From the NCBI GenBank assembly GCA_041746255.1, contig JBGTHM010000100.1, forward strand, positions 1 to 64,000: a DNA stretch of 64,000 nucleotides, read 5' to 3'. Made by a program: the position numbers and the translations under genes. This stretch comes from Fibrobacteria bacterium (lineage in GTDB: Bacteria > Fibrobacterota > Fibrobacteria > UBA11236). Below the pieces are notes generated by a model. The model was not told where the DNA came from. It searched no databases and was given only the letters and a program-made list of their open reading frames with translations. Below, one piece after another: positions 38,966 to 49,109 of the stretch; position 1 is the first letter of the stretch, and each line of letters starts with the position of its first letter.

Positions 38966-39274
38966 ATGGAATTGGAATTGGAGCGGCAGAGAATAGGTAT
39001 GTTTTTTCTGGGTTTCAACGGCACGCGGCATCCCCTGAAGTCGGGCATGAACATCATTGGCCGCGAGAATACCTGCGACATTCTCGTTTTTGAACCGCAT
39101 ATCTCGCGTAAACACGCATCTGTCGACGTCGTCGGCGACGGCACCATCACCGTCATCGATTTGGGGTCCACCAACGGGATCCTGGTGAACGGCGAGAGAG
39201 TGCCAAGCGCCATTCTCCATCCCGGGGAAAGCTTTACCCTCGGTAAAACGGTGTTCGTCCTCGAAACCGCATGA
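38966..39274 (+). CDS. Stand-alone FHA domain protein
   Basis: IGR, SRKH, DLGSTNG, VNG motifs. Confidence 0.9.
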   Translation: MELELERQRIGMFFLGFNGTRHPLKSGMNIIGRENTCDILVFEPHISRKHASVDVVGDGTITVIDLGSTNGILVNGERVPSAILHPGESFTLGKTVFVLETA

Positions 39275-39297
39275 CCCCATTCGGGACAGGAGCTTGG

Positions 39298-40506
39298 CTA
39301 ATCTGTTTTTCGCCCTTGATGCTCACCTTCCCTCTCTAAAGCTTCCGCGAAAAAAACGATTTTTTGGCCTAGTACCCGGGCGAATATCAAAGTTCCTTCC
39401 GCCTCTCCGCTTAGCCGTAATTTTGAGCGTACCTCTTCGGGAGTGATGTTCCATCCCCGCTTCTTGATCTCCAAGCGACCGATATCCGCTTTGCGCAGAT
39501 AAAGTTGGATCTCCTTCCAGTTCGCTCCGAAAGATTTTATCAGGCGATAGCCCTTAAGAAGAGGGTGCCTGATTGGCTGGTTACCCGATAAGTAGGCCAA
39601 AGTGGCATCTATGCGCCACAATCCGCATTTTTCTGCCAGCACTCCGAAAAGATGGGAGCGCACTACCGCCTTCACCGGTTCATACAGGTATTCCCCCGGT
39701 TCACCGGGTTCTCCGAAACTATCCGCAATGGATTCGCGGTCTGCCACCAGGGTTGCCCCTCCCGGCAACTCGGTAGCTCGCACCTTGCCTCGGGCCCCCA
39801 AATCGCCCGTCCACACGCATAGTTCCAAACATTGGTCTCGCAACCCCAAATACTCGCATTCTGCCTCCTCCAAAAATTCCGGAATTTGGGCGCCAGGGGG
39901 TAATTTGAGGATCGTGCGTTTATATCGATTTACGAGTTTTTCCACTTCGGACCAACCCGGAGATAGGTCGTTTTCGTTCCAAGTTGCCTTCCGAGAGCGG
40001 CTTGAGCGCCTGGCCGGATCCAGCATGGCCGCATCGGCCCTCACAGGGCTGTTTACCACGTCCGCGCGTACCACGGCGGCATTGTCCCGCCAGACTCCGG
40101 AATTATGGAGGTAGGCCCTGCATGGGGCTTCCTCCCGATCCACACCTACAACCCGCACTTGCCGTGGGGCATGCCAGGTATCCCCCCCCAGGCCACAGCA
40201 CAAATCCGCAAGGGTTTGCAAACCGGAAGGAAGGCGGGACATTTTATACCGGGAAATTGTTTCGGGGGTCAATTGCTCCAAACCCAGGGGAGTAAAAATT
40301 AATTCGCCGGCACGGGAAGTTTTGCGCGCGGCTTTGATTCGAAGCGCCCGTTGCTCAAGCAACGCCTGACGCTGGTCGGCCGGTACACCCCGTGAGGCCA
40401 AGCCTTGCGAGACGGCCAGGTCGTCACGAAAATCCGAATCGAGCTCCCGCAACAGCGCCTGGCCCGCCGGCTGGAGCAAATATGCTAGTTTTTCCCCTGT
40501 ATTCAT
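39298..40506 (-). CDS. Class I SAM-dependent methyltransferase with THUMP-like C-terminus
   Basis: GLEQ, LADLCCGLGGD, LDPARR, YLYEP, EIKKRG. Confidence 0.85.
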   Translation of the reverse strand: MNTGEKLAYLLQPAGQALLRELDSDFRDDLAVSQGLASRGVPADQRQALLEQRALRIKAARKTSRAGELIFTPLGLEQLTPETISRYKMSRLPSGLQTLADLCCGLGGDTWHAPRQVRVVGVDREEAPCRAYLHNSGVWRDNAAVVRADVVNSPVRADAAMLDPARRSSRSRKATWNENDLSPGWSEVEKLVNRYKRTILKLPPGAQIPEFLEEAECEYLGLRDQCLELCVWTGDLGARGKVRATELPGGATLVADRESIADSFGEPGEPGEYLYEPVKAVVRSHLFGVLAEKCGLWRIDATLAYLSGNQPIRHPLLKGYRLIKSFGANWKEIQLYLRKADIGRLEIKKRGWNITPEEVRSKLRLSGEAEGTLIFARVLGQKIVFFAEALEREGEHQGRKTD

Positions 40507-40551
40507 GGGCTGAAATGCTTGTCGTGGTTTTCTTCGCGGTTGGGAGTCGTC

Positions 40552-40914
40552 ATGGTGGTGGGAGTGGGTACCGATATCGCCAGTGTGGAAAGGATAAAAA
40601 AAATGGAGCGTTCGGCCATCGAGCGTATCCTGACTCCTAAAGAAATCGAATATTGTTTTCGCTTCAACCCGCCCCATGAACGCATCGCAGGTCGCTTCGC
40701 CGCCAAGGAAGCAATTCTGAAAGCGTTGGGAACCGGATGGAGTCAGGGTCTGGCTTGGAGGCAAATCGAAATACTTCCCGATGAGCAAGGTGCGCCGCTG
40801 GTGCGATTGACCGATACGGCGCAGAAGCGCATGCATGAAATCGGCGCCACCTCTTGTCTACTCTCCATCTCGCATGAACGCGAGTTCGCAGTCGCTTTCG
40901 CATTGTTCCAATAA
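40552..40914 (+). CDS. acpS: Holo-ACP synthase
   Basis: GVGTDI, AGRFAAKEAILKALGTG, LSISHE. Confidence 0.96.
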   Translation: MVVGVGTDIASVERIKKMERSAIERILTPKEIEYCFRFNPPHERIAGRFAAKEAILKALGTGWSQGLAWRQIEILPDEQGAPLVRLTDTAQKRMHEIGATSCLLSISHEREFAVAFALFQ

Positions 40915-41015
40915 TCAACGGCTTAGGGCGGCATTGGCCGGCGCGCCCACAGGCACAATGTCCACCAAAGCCTGAATTAGAGGCTCGTGGAGGGCTTTCC
41001 ACCGCCAGAAATATC

Positions 41016-41044
41016 TTGACACACTTGGGGGTAATCGATATCCT
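41016..41044 (+). promoter_or_regulatory. Sigma70-type promoter
   Basis: TTGACA-N17-TATCCT upstream of the AGGAGG RBS and ATG 41106. Confidence 0.65.
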
Positions 41045-41105
41045 TAAAAAGGAAGGGTCGGAAAATTTGTTATTTTCATGATTATGACCAGCCAGGAGGA
41101 TTCCC

Positions 41106-41498
41106 ATGAAGCCCCTTAATGTCAAGTGCCCGCATTGCAAAGAAGTCAGCGAATTGTTCCTGGGTTCCGAAGCCTATATGATTGTATTGAACTGCCCTTC
41201 CTGCGGGGCCGCGCTCATGTATTATTATGGGAAAACCTTTGAGATAGACGAAAACGAAGTTGAGAAAATCCAAGGTAACCTGCAAATGACCACGGTCCAG
41301 GGAATCCTGAAAAACATCAACTCGCGGGAGACCTCCAAAAACCATACTTCCTTCATGGTCAAACCCGCCGAACACCGTGCGACGCATAAAGCGGGCGCGC
41401 CGGTTCGGGAGCGCTATATCGAGTCGGATGATATCACCAATCTGAAAATTGATTTGGCGCTCATCAAAGACGTGAACGAGTTCATCAAGGGTATCTGA
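41106..41498 (+). CDS. Hypothetical Zn-ribbon protein
   Basis: CPHC...CPSC; strong AGGAGG RBS. Confidence 0.82.
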   Translation: MKPLNVKCPHCKEVSELFLGSEAYMIVLNCPSCGAALMYYYGKTFEIDENEVEKIQGNLQMTTVQGILKNINSRETSKNHTSFMVKPAEHRATHKAGAPVRERYIESDDITNLKIDLALIKDVNEFIKGI

Positions 41499-41530
41499 CA
41501 GGCGCTTGACCCCTGTCCGGCCGGGCTGTT

Positions 41531-41546
41531 CGGGACGAAAGTCCCG
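41531..41546. terminator. GAAA-tetraloop hairpin between convergent genes
   Basis: CGGGAC-GAAA-GTCCCG; no U-tract. Confidence 0.35.
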
Positions 41547-41550
41547 GCGG

Positions 41551-43638
41551 CTAAACGGCGAGGTGGCAGGCTACGCGTGAATTTCCCTCGAAATTCCGTA
41601 ACTCGGGCACTACCTGTTCGCATCGCGATTCCCGGCTTTCCAGATAAAGCGGACATCGGTTCCTGAAAGGGCATCCTTCGCGTAGCCGTACCGGTTCCGT
41701 GTCTGGATAGGTGGCCAGCAATGCTTGATGTGCCTGCTGGGCGTCTCCCGCCGGGACGGATGCCAACAGCAGCTTCGAATAGGGATGCCGCGCCGCCTCG
41801 GCTGTGAAGTTCCCGGCATCCGCCTCCTCCACCAGACGTCCCATGTACATCACCCCTATGCGTGAGGCCAAGAGCTTGACCATGGCCAGGTTGTGGGAGA
41901 TAAAGAGATAGGTCATTCCCAAATCACGTTGGAATCCGCTCAGCAACGCCAGTATCTGGGACTGGATGGCCAGATCAAGGCTGGCCACCGGCTCATCGCA
42001 AACCAGTACCGCCGGACGCGTCGCAATGGCCCTGGCTATGCAAACCCGTTGTTTCTCCCCCGAGCTGAGGTGGCTGGGGAATCTTTCCAGATAGGACTCA
42101 TCCAAACGGACTTGCCGTAACGATTCCAAAATACGCTCGCGCCTGGCACCCGGCTGCATTCCCTCGCGCTCCAAGCCTTCATGCAGCGTCTGACCGATGG
42201 TCATGCCGGAATTGAGTACCGCCTCCGGATGCTGGAACAGCATACGGATTTTTTTCCGCATGTTGCGCAGTTCTCCGGGAGCGGCCGAAAGCAGATTCTT
42301 CCCTTCAATCCAAACCTCACCCGCCTCGGGCCGTTGCAGGCCCAACAAGGCCAGCGCGAGCGTCGTCTTCCCCGAACCGCTCTCCCCCACCAACCCATAA
42401 GTGGTTCCCGCAGGTACTTCCAGCGAAACCTCGGCGACCGCTAAAAAGGGATCGCCTCCGCCCCCGAAACGCTTCCGAATCGAAATTGCACGTAAGGCGG
42501 GGACACTTCCGCTTCCCGTCTTTTCGGAAGCATCGGCTTGTGGAAGCGAATCGTTTAACGCCCGCAATTCCTTGGATTGCCCGGGGAAATGGCAGCGGCC
42601 GCCGCCGGTGACGCCCGGGGATTCAGAATCTACCCCGGATGAAAACCCGGGTTTTTCCTTCGCGCAGAGATTTTTTTCAGATTCGGTCAAGCTGCGCGAG
42701 TAAATCGCGCACATGTTCCGGTAGGCGCAACCAGGGCCCGCTTCCGGATTTCCCGGCGGCAGCACCGGCCTCTCTCCGAAACGGGCAAACGCCCCCAATA
42801 GTGAGGCGGTATACGGATGCTTCGGCGATTCCAGTACCTGTGCTGTCGGACCGCTTTCGACAATCCAGCCCTTGTGCATGACATAAACCCGACTGCATAT
42901 TTCACGAATGACGCCGATGTCATGCGAAATGAGCAGAACGCTCAATCCCTGGTCCCGGTTCAGGCTTCCCAAGAGCTGGAGCAGTTTGGCCTGGGTCGTT
43001 ACATCCAAGGCCGTGGTGGGTTCATCGGCGATCAAAAGGCGTGGCGATGCGCATAATGCCATGGCTATCATCACCCGTTGGGCCATACCGCCGCTGATTT
43101 GATGCGGGTACAGGTCCCAAAGCTTATCCGCTTCGGCCAGCCCCACATCCCGCAACGAAGCTTCTCCGCGGGTGCGGCGCGTGGCGACGGGAAACCCGTT
43201 TCTCCGCATCACCTCCGTCAGATGGTCGCCCACGGTATAGAAGGGATCCAGAGAGGCCTTCGGCTCCTGAAAAATGGCGGCGAGTTCGCGGCCCAGAAGG
43301 GGGGCGAGCAATTTGCGCTGGTCGCGTTGGAATTGGAAATGCCTTTTCCGAGTCCCATCCGAATTCTTGAGGTAATCTTCGGGTAAAGGGAAAAGCGATT
43401 TACCCGCCAACTCGGCACGCCCACCGATAATTCCGGGCTTGGCATCGAGAAGCCCCAGCAGGCTGAGGGCCAGGGTAGTTTTGCCGCTACCCGATTCCCC
43501 GATAAGGCCGACTACTTCCCCGGCACCGACGCGGAAATCGACGCCGTTGACGGCCTTTACGCTTTCAGTTCCCTCACCGAAAGTGATTCGGAGATCGGAA
43601 ACCACCAGGAGAGAGGGTGAAAAGTCATTTTCCTTCAC
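41551..43638 (-). CDS. Opp/Dpp-type ABC transporter ATPase, fused DppD-DppF
   Basis: Two GESGSGKT Walker A motifs; ISGGMAQR and LSSGEKQR signatures; two HPY plus Cys-rich tails. Confidence 0.94.
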   Translation of the reverse strand: MKENDFSPSLLVVSDLRITFGEGTESVKAVNGVDFRVGAGEVVGLIGESGSGKTTLALSLLGLLDAKPGIIGGRAELAGKSLFPLPEDYLKNSDGTRKRHFQFQRDQRKLLAPLLGRELAAIFQEPKASLDPFYTVGDHLTEVMRRNGFPVATRRTRGEASLRDVGLAEADKLWDLYPHQISGGMAQRVMIAMALCASPRLLIADEPTTALDVTTQAKLLQLLGSLNRDQGLSVLLISHDIGVIREICSRVYVMHKGWIVESGPTAQVLESPKHPYTASLLGAFARFGERPVLPPGNPEAGPGCAYRNMCAIYSRSLTESEKNLCAKEKPGFSSGVDSESPGVTGGGRCHFPGQSKELRALNDSLPQADASEKTGSGSVPALRAISIRKRFGGGGDPFLAVAEVSLEVPAGTTYGLVGESGSGKTTLALALLGLQRPEAGEVWIEGKNLLSAAPGELRNMRKKIRMLFQHPEAVLNSGMTIGQTLHEGLEREGMQPGARRERILESLRQVRLDESYLERFPSHLSSGEKQRVCIARAIATRPAVLVCDEPVASLDLAIQSQILALLSGFQRDLGMTYLFISHNLAMVKLLASRIGVMYMGRLVEEADAGNFTAEAARHPYSKLLLASVPAGDAQQAHQALLATYPDTEPVRLREGCPFRNRCPLYLESRESRCEQVVPELRNFEGNSRVACHLAV

Positions 43639-44647
43639 GATATGCCATTCTCGCGCTCAATCCATCCCCGAGGTAAAAGAATCCGAGTATGGCCATCACG
43701 ATGGCCGCCGCGGGAAAAAAGGTGATCCAATAAATGCCGCTGAAAAAGGTCATCCGGCTGCCTTCGATGATATTTCCCCAGGAAACGTCGGGGGCTTTGG
43801 TTCCGAATTGCAAATAGCTCAAGGTGGTTTCCACCAGAATGGATTCAGCCATTACCAGCGCGAAATGAATGAACAACAAGGCCCGGTTCTGGTACCAGAA
43901 AATATGCTTGGTTAAAATGGAGATATCGTCCAACCCCCCTTCCCGGGCGGCAGTGACAAATCCCGAACCCGCTTGCGAACGCACCCGGCTGGCGATATGC
44001 TCTGATATGCGGGGAACCAGCGTCAATCCAAGCACCGCCATGATGTAATAGACATTGGGCGCCAAGGCGGAAATGACGACCAGAATGAGCACGAATCGCG
44101 GCAGGGACAACACCACTCCGCTGAAACCTCCCAACAAGGCGCTTGGCAAGCCTCCGTAGAATCCGGCGATAAGTCCGAGAGGCAAACCTACTCCCAGAGC
44201 CACCAGACAGGCCACCAGACCGGGAAGCAATGCGTTACGGGAGCCGGCCACAAGCAGTGCCATCATGTCGCGACCGTTGTTATCGGTACCTAGGATATGG
44301 CCTTGGGGTTTCGCCTCCGGCTCTTCCACGGGTTGCGAAAAACTATCCTCGTCCATCCGCAGGAAATCGAGTCCCCCTTCGGAGTCGGGAAGTTCATCTG
44401 TTCCGCTCTTGGGAATGCCGGCACGGTCTCTAGCCTTCAGCAATTCGCTTCCCCGTTCGGTGACCAGCACTGAGCGTAACCACCGCCACTCCGGCGGAGC
44501 CAGTATTTGTTCCAGGTCCATTTCGTCGTGGGCATAGGAAGTCAAATGCGGACCCGCTATCGCGGAGATAAGCAGTAGCAAAACCATGGAACCACCCAAA
44601 GTGATTCGCCAACCGCCCGGTTCCTGCAAAAATCGTCTCAAAGCCAT
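43625..44647 (-). CDS. ABC transporter permease (DppC/OppC-like)
   Basis: LGTDNNGRD, AAREGG, ETTLSYL, SWG, GDGL. Confidence 0.92.
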   Translation of the reverse strand: MALRRFLQEPGGWRITLGGSMVLLLLISAIAGPHLTSYAHDEMDLEQILAPPEWRWLRSVLVTERGSELLKARDRAGIPKSGTDELPDSEGGLDFLRMDEDSFSQPVEEPEAKPQGHILGTDNNGRDMMALLVAGSRNALLPGLVACLVALGVGLPLGLIAGFYGGLPSALLGGFSGVVLSLPRFVLILVVISALAPNVYYIMAVLGLTLVPRISEHIASRVRSQAGSGFVTAAREGGLDDISILTKHIFWYQNRALLFIHFALVMAESILVETTLSYLQFGTKAPDVSWGNIIEGSRMTFFSGIYWITFFPAAAIVMAILGFFYLGDGLSARMAYREGK

Positions 44648-44648
44648 C

Positions 44649-45557
44649 TCAGCTCCGCCTCCGGGGGTCGAGCCAATAGGCCAGAAAATCATTGGCGAGC
44701 ATGAATGAACGCACCGCCAAGGCCATGAAAATGGTTATTCCCATCACGACATAGAAATCGCGTTTCAATGTCGCTTCCCAACTCAGCCACCCCAGTCCAT
44801 GGAAGTTGAATATTCTTTCCACTACGACCACGCCTCCGAGTAACACCGCCAGGTTGGCTACCACGATGCTGAACATGGGCAATACCATCGATTTGAAGAA
44901 ATGGCGGAATAGCGAAGCCCCCCGGGCGCGGGCGGCTTGTATGAAATAGGCTCCGTTCAGCCCCTGCACTTCCATGGCTATGAAGCGCACAAACTGTCCC
45001 ATGGTGCCGTTGCCGATGGCCAGCACGGCTATTGGGAGAATATAATAACCGACCCAGGGCCAGAATCGGAAAGGGCCCTCCGGAGGAGTGGTTACATAAA
45101 ACTCGAAGACTCCGAAAACCACTGCGAGTACCATATAACCCAGTACGAAAACCGGTACCGACGAAACCGTATAAACGACCAACCCCGCCAACTTGCCCCA
45201 ACGCGAGTTGGGATGCAAGCCCAGCATTACCCCCATGGGGAGCGCAATCAGAAACGATAAGAATAAGGATCCGAAGGTCAGCAAAACGGTCGGTGGAGCG
45301 TAGCGGGCCAGCAGTTGGCTGACGGGCGTACCATCCACCAAGGATAGGCCGAAGTCGGCGTGAAGAAAATCGCTCAACCATAGAACGAAGCGCAACGGCA
45401 GGGGCTTATCGAGATGGAGCCTCTCCGCCGTGGCAGGCGCGAGGTTATGGATTTCCGCGATATTGCCGGGAGTGAGCCCAATAATGAAAAATACGAGAAC
45501 GGCCACGCAAAGCAGCGAGCCGGTAAACAGGACAATGGTACGAATTGCAAATTTCAT
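44649..45557 (-). CDS. ABC transporter permease (DppB/OppB-like)
   Basis: LDKPLP, DFGLS, ARARG, GVVVVERIF, RDF, LDPR. Confidence 0.93.
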   Translation of the reverse strand: MKFAIRTIVLFTGSLLCVAVLVFFIIGLTPGNIAEIHNLAPATAERLHLDKPLPLRFVLWLSDFLHADFGLSLVDGTPVSQLLARYAPPTVLLTFGSLFLSFLIALPMGVMLGLHPNSRWGKLAGLVVYTVSSVPVFVLGYMVLAVVFGVFEFYVTTPPEGPFRFWPWVGYYILPIAVLAIGNGTMGQFVRFIAMEVQGLNGAYFIQAARARGASLFRHFFKSMVLPMFSIVVANLAVLLGGVVVVERIFNFHGLGWLSWEATLKRDFYVVMGITIFMALAVRSFMLANDFLAYWLDPRRRS

Positions 45558-45596
45558 GCGGCATAACAGGCCCTGTCAAAGCGGATGGCTTTGGAT

Positions 45597-46010
45597 TCAG
45601 GGGCTGGACTTGAAGATTTTTTCGCCGATTCCGCTGGGATTATTGGCCGGCATGCCACCTTCAAGCATGGCTTCCTTGGCATCGACTTCTCGCGATAACC
45701 GCAAAAGGATGTTTTCGTTCTTCCCCTTTTTGGGTTGATAGGAACGGACATATCCCATGTTGCCGTCGTCGTCCTCGGCTATCAGGGTATATTCATTCCC
45801 TTCCACCACGTTGGCCCGCAAAACGAAATTACCGTTCTTGGTGACTTTGACGCTTTCGGTACGCGGTGCGGTATAAACAATGACATTCGCGTTATCCAGT
45901 TGCGTACCGTCCGGTTTGACCACCCTTCCGCTCATGGTGGTGCCGCAGGCGGTAAGTAATAAAGCGGTCGATATTCCGAAGAGTACGATTCTGATTGATC
46001 GGATTTTCAT
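45597..46010 (-). CDS. Lipoprotein with carboxypeptidase-regulatory-like beta-sandwich
   Basis: Lipobox LTAC; SGRVVKPDG...NANV...GNF...YTLIA. Confidence 0.8.
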   Translation of the reverse strand: MKIRSIRIVLFGISTALLLTACGTTMSGRVVKPDGTQLDNANVIVYTAPRTESVKVTKNGNFVLRANVVEGNEYTLIAEDDDGNMGYVRSYQPKKGKNENILLRLSREVDAKEAMLEGGMPANNPSGIGEKIFKSSP

Positions 46011-46015
46011 TACAA

Positions 46016-47614
46016 CTAGTCCCTTTCGTCTTCCGGAATAAACCATTCATTCACGAAGGTGAAGAAACGGTAGGGATGAACGACCACTTTCTTGACTTTA
46101 TTGTCGATAGCGGCGTTCTTTTCCAAAGTCCAGAGAAATGTATAAGGGCTTTCATCCGCCAGAATCTCATGAAGCTCGTAATTGATTCGGCGCCGAACCT
46201 CATGGTTGATGGTATTGTTGAATTTATCCAGCAAGGCGTCAATTTTAGGGTTTCCATAGGAAATGAAATTATCGCCTAACGGCGGAGTGCTCTTGCTCGA
46301 ATGGAAAAGTGAAGAGATGTCGGAGGAGTTATCGAAAAGCCATTCGCCGAACACAATGTCGAAATCGTGCTTGCCCTTGACTTCCTCTTTCCACTTCTCG
46401 TATTCCCTATGCTGCAAGTCTACCACCACCCCCAGGGCTTTCAGATAGTTCTGGAAGCGCAGACAAACCGAAAGTCCGCCTTCATTTCCGCTGTAGATGG
46501 GTATCTTCAACGTGAAACGCAACGGCTTGCCGTTGTGCTCGACAATGCCGTCTCCATCGGTGTCACGTATGCCGGCTTTTGCGAGTAGGGACTTGGCCTT
46601 CGCAAGATCGAATACCCAGGGTTCCACGTCCGGATTATAACCCCAGGATGCGGGCGAAAAGGGTCCCGAGATAATCTCGCCTTTTCCGAAATAGATGTCT
46701 TCCAGCATTTTCCGCCGGTCGATGGCGAGGGAAAATGCCTGCCGCACCTCCTTGATGCGAAGAATCGGATTCTTATGGTTGTACCCGAAAAAAGCGAAGG
46801 CAAGGGAGTTATAGGGAATGATGGAAAACTTGCCGGTATTGGCAATTTCCGCGATTTTTCCTGGAGGTACCTCCACGACCATTTCGATGGCATTGAGGAG
46901 CAGGCTCTGAACCAACAGGGACATTTCCGGCTGATAAGCCATCTTGATCTCACCGATATTAGCGGACTTGTTATAGTGATCCGGAAATGCCTTGAGGATG
47001 ACGTCGCGGTTACGGGTCTCACGATCGAATTTATAATAACCCGTCCCTATCGGGTTTTTCGAGAATTTCGAAAATTTAGTGAGGGCGGTTTTCCCGTCCA
47101 ATGCATGAGAAGGTATGATTTTGAAAAGGAAGCGCCGTTCCGGCTCGGCTACGCTCGTTGCGAAATCGAACCGGATGACATGGTCGCCCAGCACAGTCAC
47201 TTTTTCAATGATATCGAGAGCTTGGCGGCTTTCGGGTCGGACGTCGGACATCGTATTGGCGATGACGTCATAGGTGAATTTTACGTCTTTGGCGGTAAAG
47301 GGCTTTCCGTCATGCCATTTAACGTCTTTACGGAGATAGAACGTGATACGGCGATTGCCATTGAAAACATTCCACTTTTCGGCGAGACGGCCCTTCACTT
47401 CGCCTTTGTAATCGATGAAGACCAACGACTCGAATAAAAGCTCGGAAAGTCGCAACGATGTCTCGTTATCCGAAGTGGTTATGGGATCGTACGTATCGGG
47501 CAGAACCGGTTCCGCATAAGTCAGGTTTCCGCCCTTAGCCGCCCCATCCGCGTATGCGATGAGGAGAAGCGGTGCTACCCAAAGAAAACATTTGTCGAGA
47601 TTCCGTTTTTGCAT
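46016..47614 (-). CDS. ABC transporter substrate-binding protein, family 5
   Basis: LAEKW, LRKDVKWHDGKPFTAKDVKFT, PIGTGYY, VRQAFSLAIDR; start uncertain (ORF open to 47665). Confidence 0.93.
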   Translation of the reverse strand: MQKRNLDKCFLWVAPLLLIAYADGAAKGGNLTYAEPVLPDTYDPITTSDNETSLRLSELLFESLVFIDYKGEVKGRLAEKWNVFNGNRRITFYLRKDVKWHDGKPFTAKDVKFTYDVIANTMSDVRPESRQALDIIEKVTVLGDHVIRFDFATSVAEPERRFLFKIIPSHALDGKTALTKFSKFSKNPIGTGYYKFDRETRNRDVILKAFPDHYNKSANIGEIKMAYQPEMSLLVQSLLLNAIEMVVEVPPGKIAEIANTGKFSIIPYNSLAFAFFGYNHKNPILRIKEVRQAFSLAIDRRKMLEDIYFGKGEIISGPFSPASWGYNPDVEPWVFDLAKAKSLLAKAGIRDTDGDGIVEHNGKPLRFTLKIPIYSGNEGGLSVCLRFQNYLKALGVVVDLQHREYEKWKEEVKGKHDFDIVFGEWLFDNSSDISSLFHSSKSTPPLGDNFISYGNPKIDALLDKFNNTINHEVRRRINYELHEILADESPYTFLWTLEKNAAIDNKVKKVVVHPYRFFTFVNEWFIPEDERD

Positions 47615-47693
47615 AATAATTTTCGTGGATTGACGAACCATTTTTACTCCGGTTTCCGATTTCAATCAGCCTTCGGGCCTACCGCGACCAAGC

Positions 47694-49109
47694 CTATCCA
47701 CCCTTCCTGAATATTTTTTGGGATTCATAACCTCTGGCCAAAGCCGCCGAAATTCCTTGCATGCTGTAATACATTTGACGGCAGGCCGGAAATTCCCTTT
47801 GCAAGTGGTAGAGTGTTTCAACAACTTCTTCATAACGCAATTTATTGGTTCGGAACAGGGCATGCGCGTATTCCGCCATGAATTCGGGATCGATTTGGTC
47901 GATGCGATTACGGAATTCAATTTTATAGCCTTGCGAATACCGGGCCACCGCCTCCTCACTTTTCCCTTGCGCGAGCAGAATCCCGCCCCATACCCGGTGA
48001 TACGGAGGAGTATTTCTTTCCCGTGCGGCCTCGGAGGCCCATTTAAGCCCCTTGGCCAAATCCAATCCGTGGTCCAGATAGGCCTGGGCAACCTCCCGCT
48101 TGATGACGGGTGAGGCGCCTTGTCCGACTTTTTCCAGGATAGCCTCTGCTTCGTTCGCTTTACCCTGCCTGGCCAAAAGGCGGGCGCTGAGAATTTGTCC
48201 TTCGGGAGTACGATTATTCCCCAAGTATTTCTCGGCAGCATCCAATTGGTTGAGTCGCAAGGAAATTTCCGTCAAAGCCAAATCGGTACCGAACCGGGAG
48301 GCCAAGGTACGAAACCGGCGTTCATTATCAAGTATCAGTAAATTCGTGGCCTTGGCCAGGGCGAAATAGCCTTCGGACAATGTGGCCATGAGCAAGGGGT
48401 CGTAAAAATTTATTTGGGTATTCTTACCCTTGTCGAAATAAACTTCTGGTGTATGCGCCGCATTAAGCACCGGCAGCAAAAGTTTATCCAATTCACGGAT
48501 ATCGATCTCCTCCGAGCTCAGGTAAATTTGCACTCGGCACCGGTAGGAACGCGGAGAAACTACTTTCAGGTTTGCGGGAATCTTTCCATACGCGACTCCC
48601 CCAAGTTCAAGCGATTGCCAGGCGGCAGCATTATCCTCGGTTGAAAAAGCCCAGGGTTTTGCCTGGGCACCCAATTTACGATTCACATGGTAGAGATATA
48701 CCTCTCCCATGTTTTTAGCGGAAGGCGTTAAATCGTTTGACTTTAATGCCGTCTGCAAGGATTTTTGGGCCCCTTGCATATCTCCGGTATAAAACTGGAT
48801 TTGGGCCAGATAAATCTGGGCCATGGGAATTTTCAGATCCGGGGACATGGAGGTATAATACTCTTCCATCAGAATCATGGAAAAATCGTGGAATTCGGCG
48901 TAAAGGCTTCCCAGACCCTGGTAGGCCAGCGCTTGACCTTTCAAGGCACGCATCCCGTTCGCGTCCATTTTGTCGATATTGATCTGCTTGCTCCACTGTT
49001 CCACAGCTTCTAAGTAGCGGTGGCGCTTAAGCAATTCCAATGGATTGGCGAACAAGCCCCAAGCCGAGAAAAGCAGTATCGAGAATGCCTTATTACTTGA
49101 AAATGTCAT
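47694..49109 (-). CDS. Secreted TPR-repeat protein
   Basis: Signal peptide ending LFA; repeated helical TPR-like motifs (e.g. WGGILLAQGKSEEAVARY). Confidence 0.8.
   Translation of the reverse strand: MTFSSNKAFSILLFSAWGLFANPLELLKRHRYLEAVEQWSKQINIDKMDANGMRALKGQALAYQGLGSLYAEFHDFSMILMEEYYTSMSPDLKIPMAQIYLAQIQFYTGDMQGAQKSLQTALKSNDLTPSAKNMGEVYLYHVNRKLGAQAKPWAFSTEDNAAAWQSLELGGVAYGKIPANLKVVSPRSYRCRVQIYLSSEEIDIRELDKLLLPVLNAAHTPEVYFDKGKNTQINFYDPLLMATLSEGYFALAKATNLLILDNERRFRTLASRFGTDLALTEISLRLNQLDAAEKYLGNNRTPEGQILSARLLARQGKANEAEAILEKVGQGASPVIKREVAQAYLDHGLDLAKGLKWASEAARERNTPPYHRVWGGILLAQGKSEEAVARYSQGYKIEFRNRIDQIDPEFMAEYAHALFRTNKLRYEEVVETLYHLQREFPACRQMYYSMQGISAALARGYESQKIFRKGG

Noticed and set aside
39298..40836. 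512-aa version of the methyltransferase overlapping acpS
   Set aside because: The N-terminal extension is the antisense of acpS; ATG 40506 gives a normal divergent arrangement.
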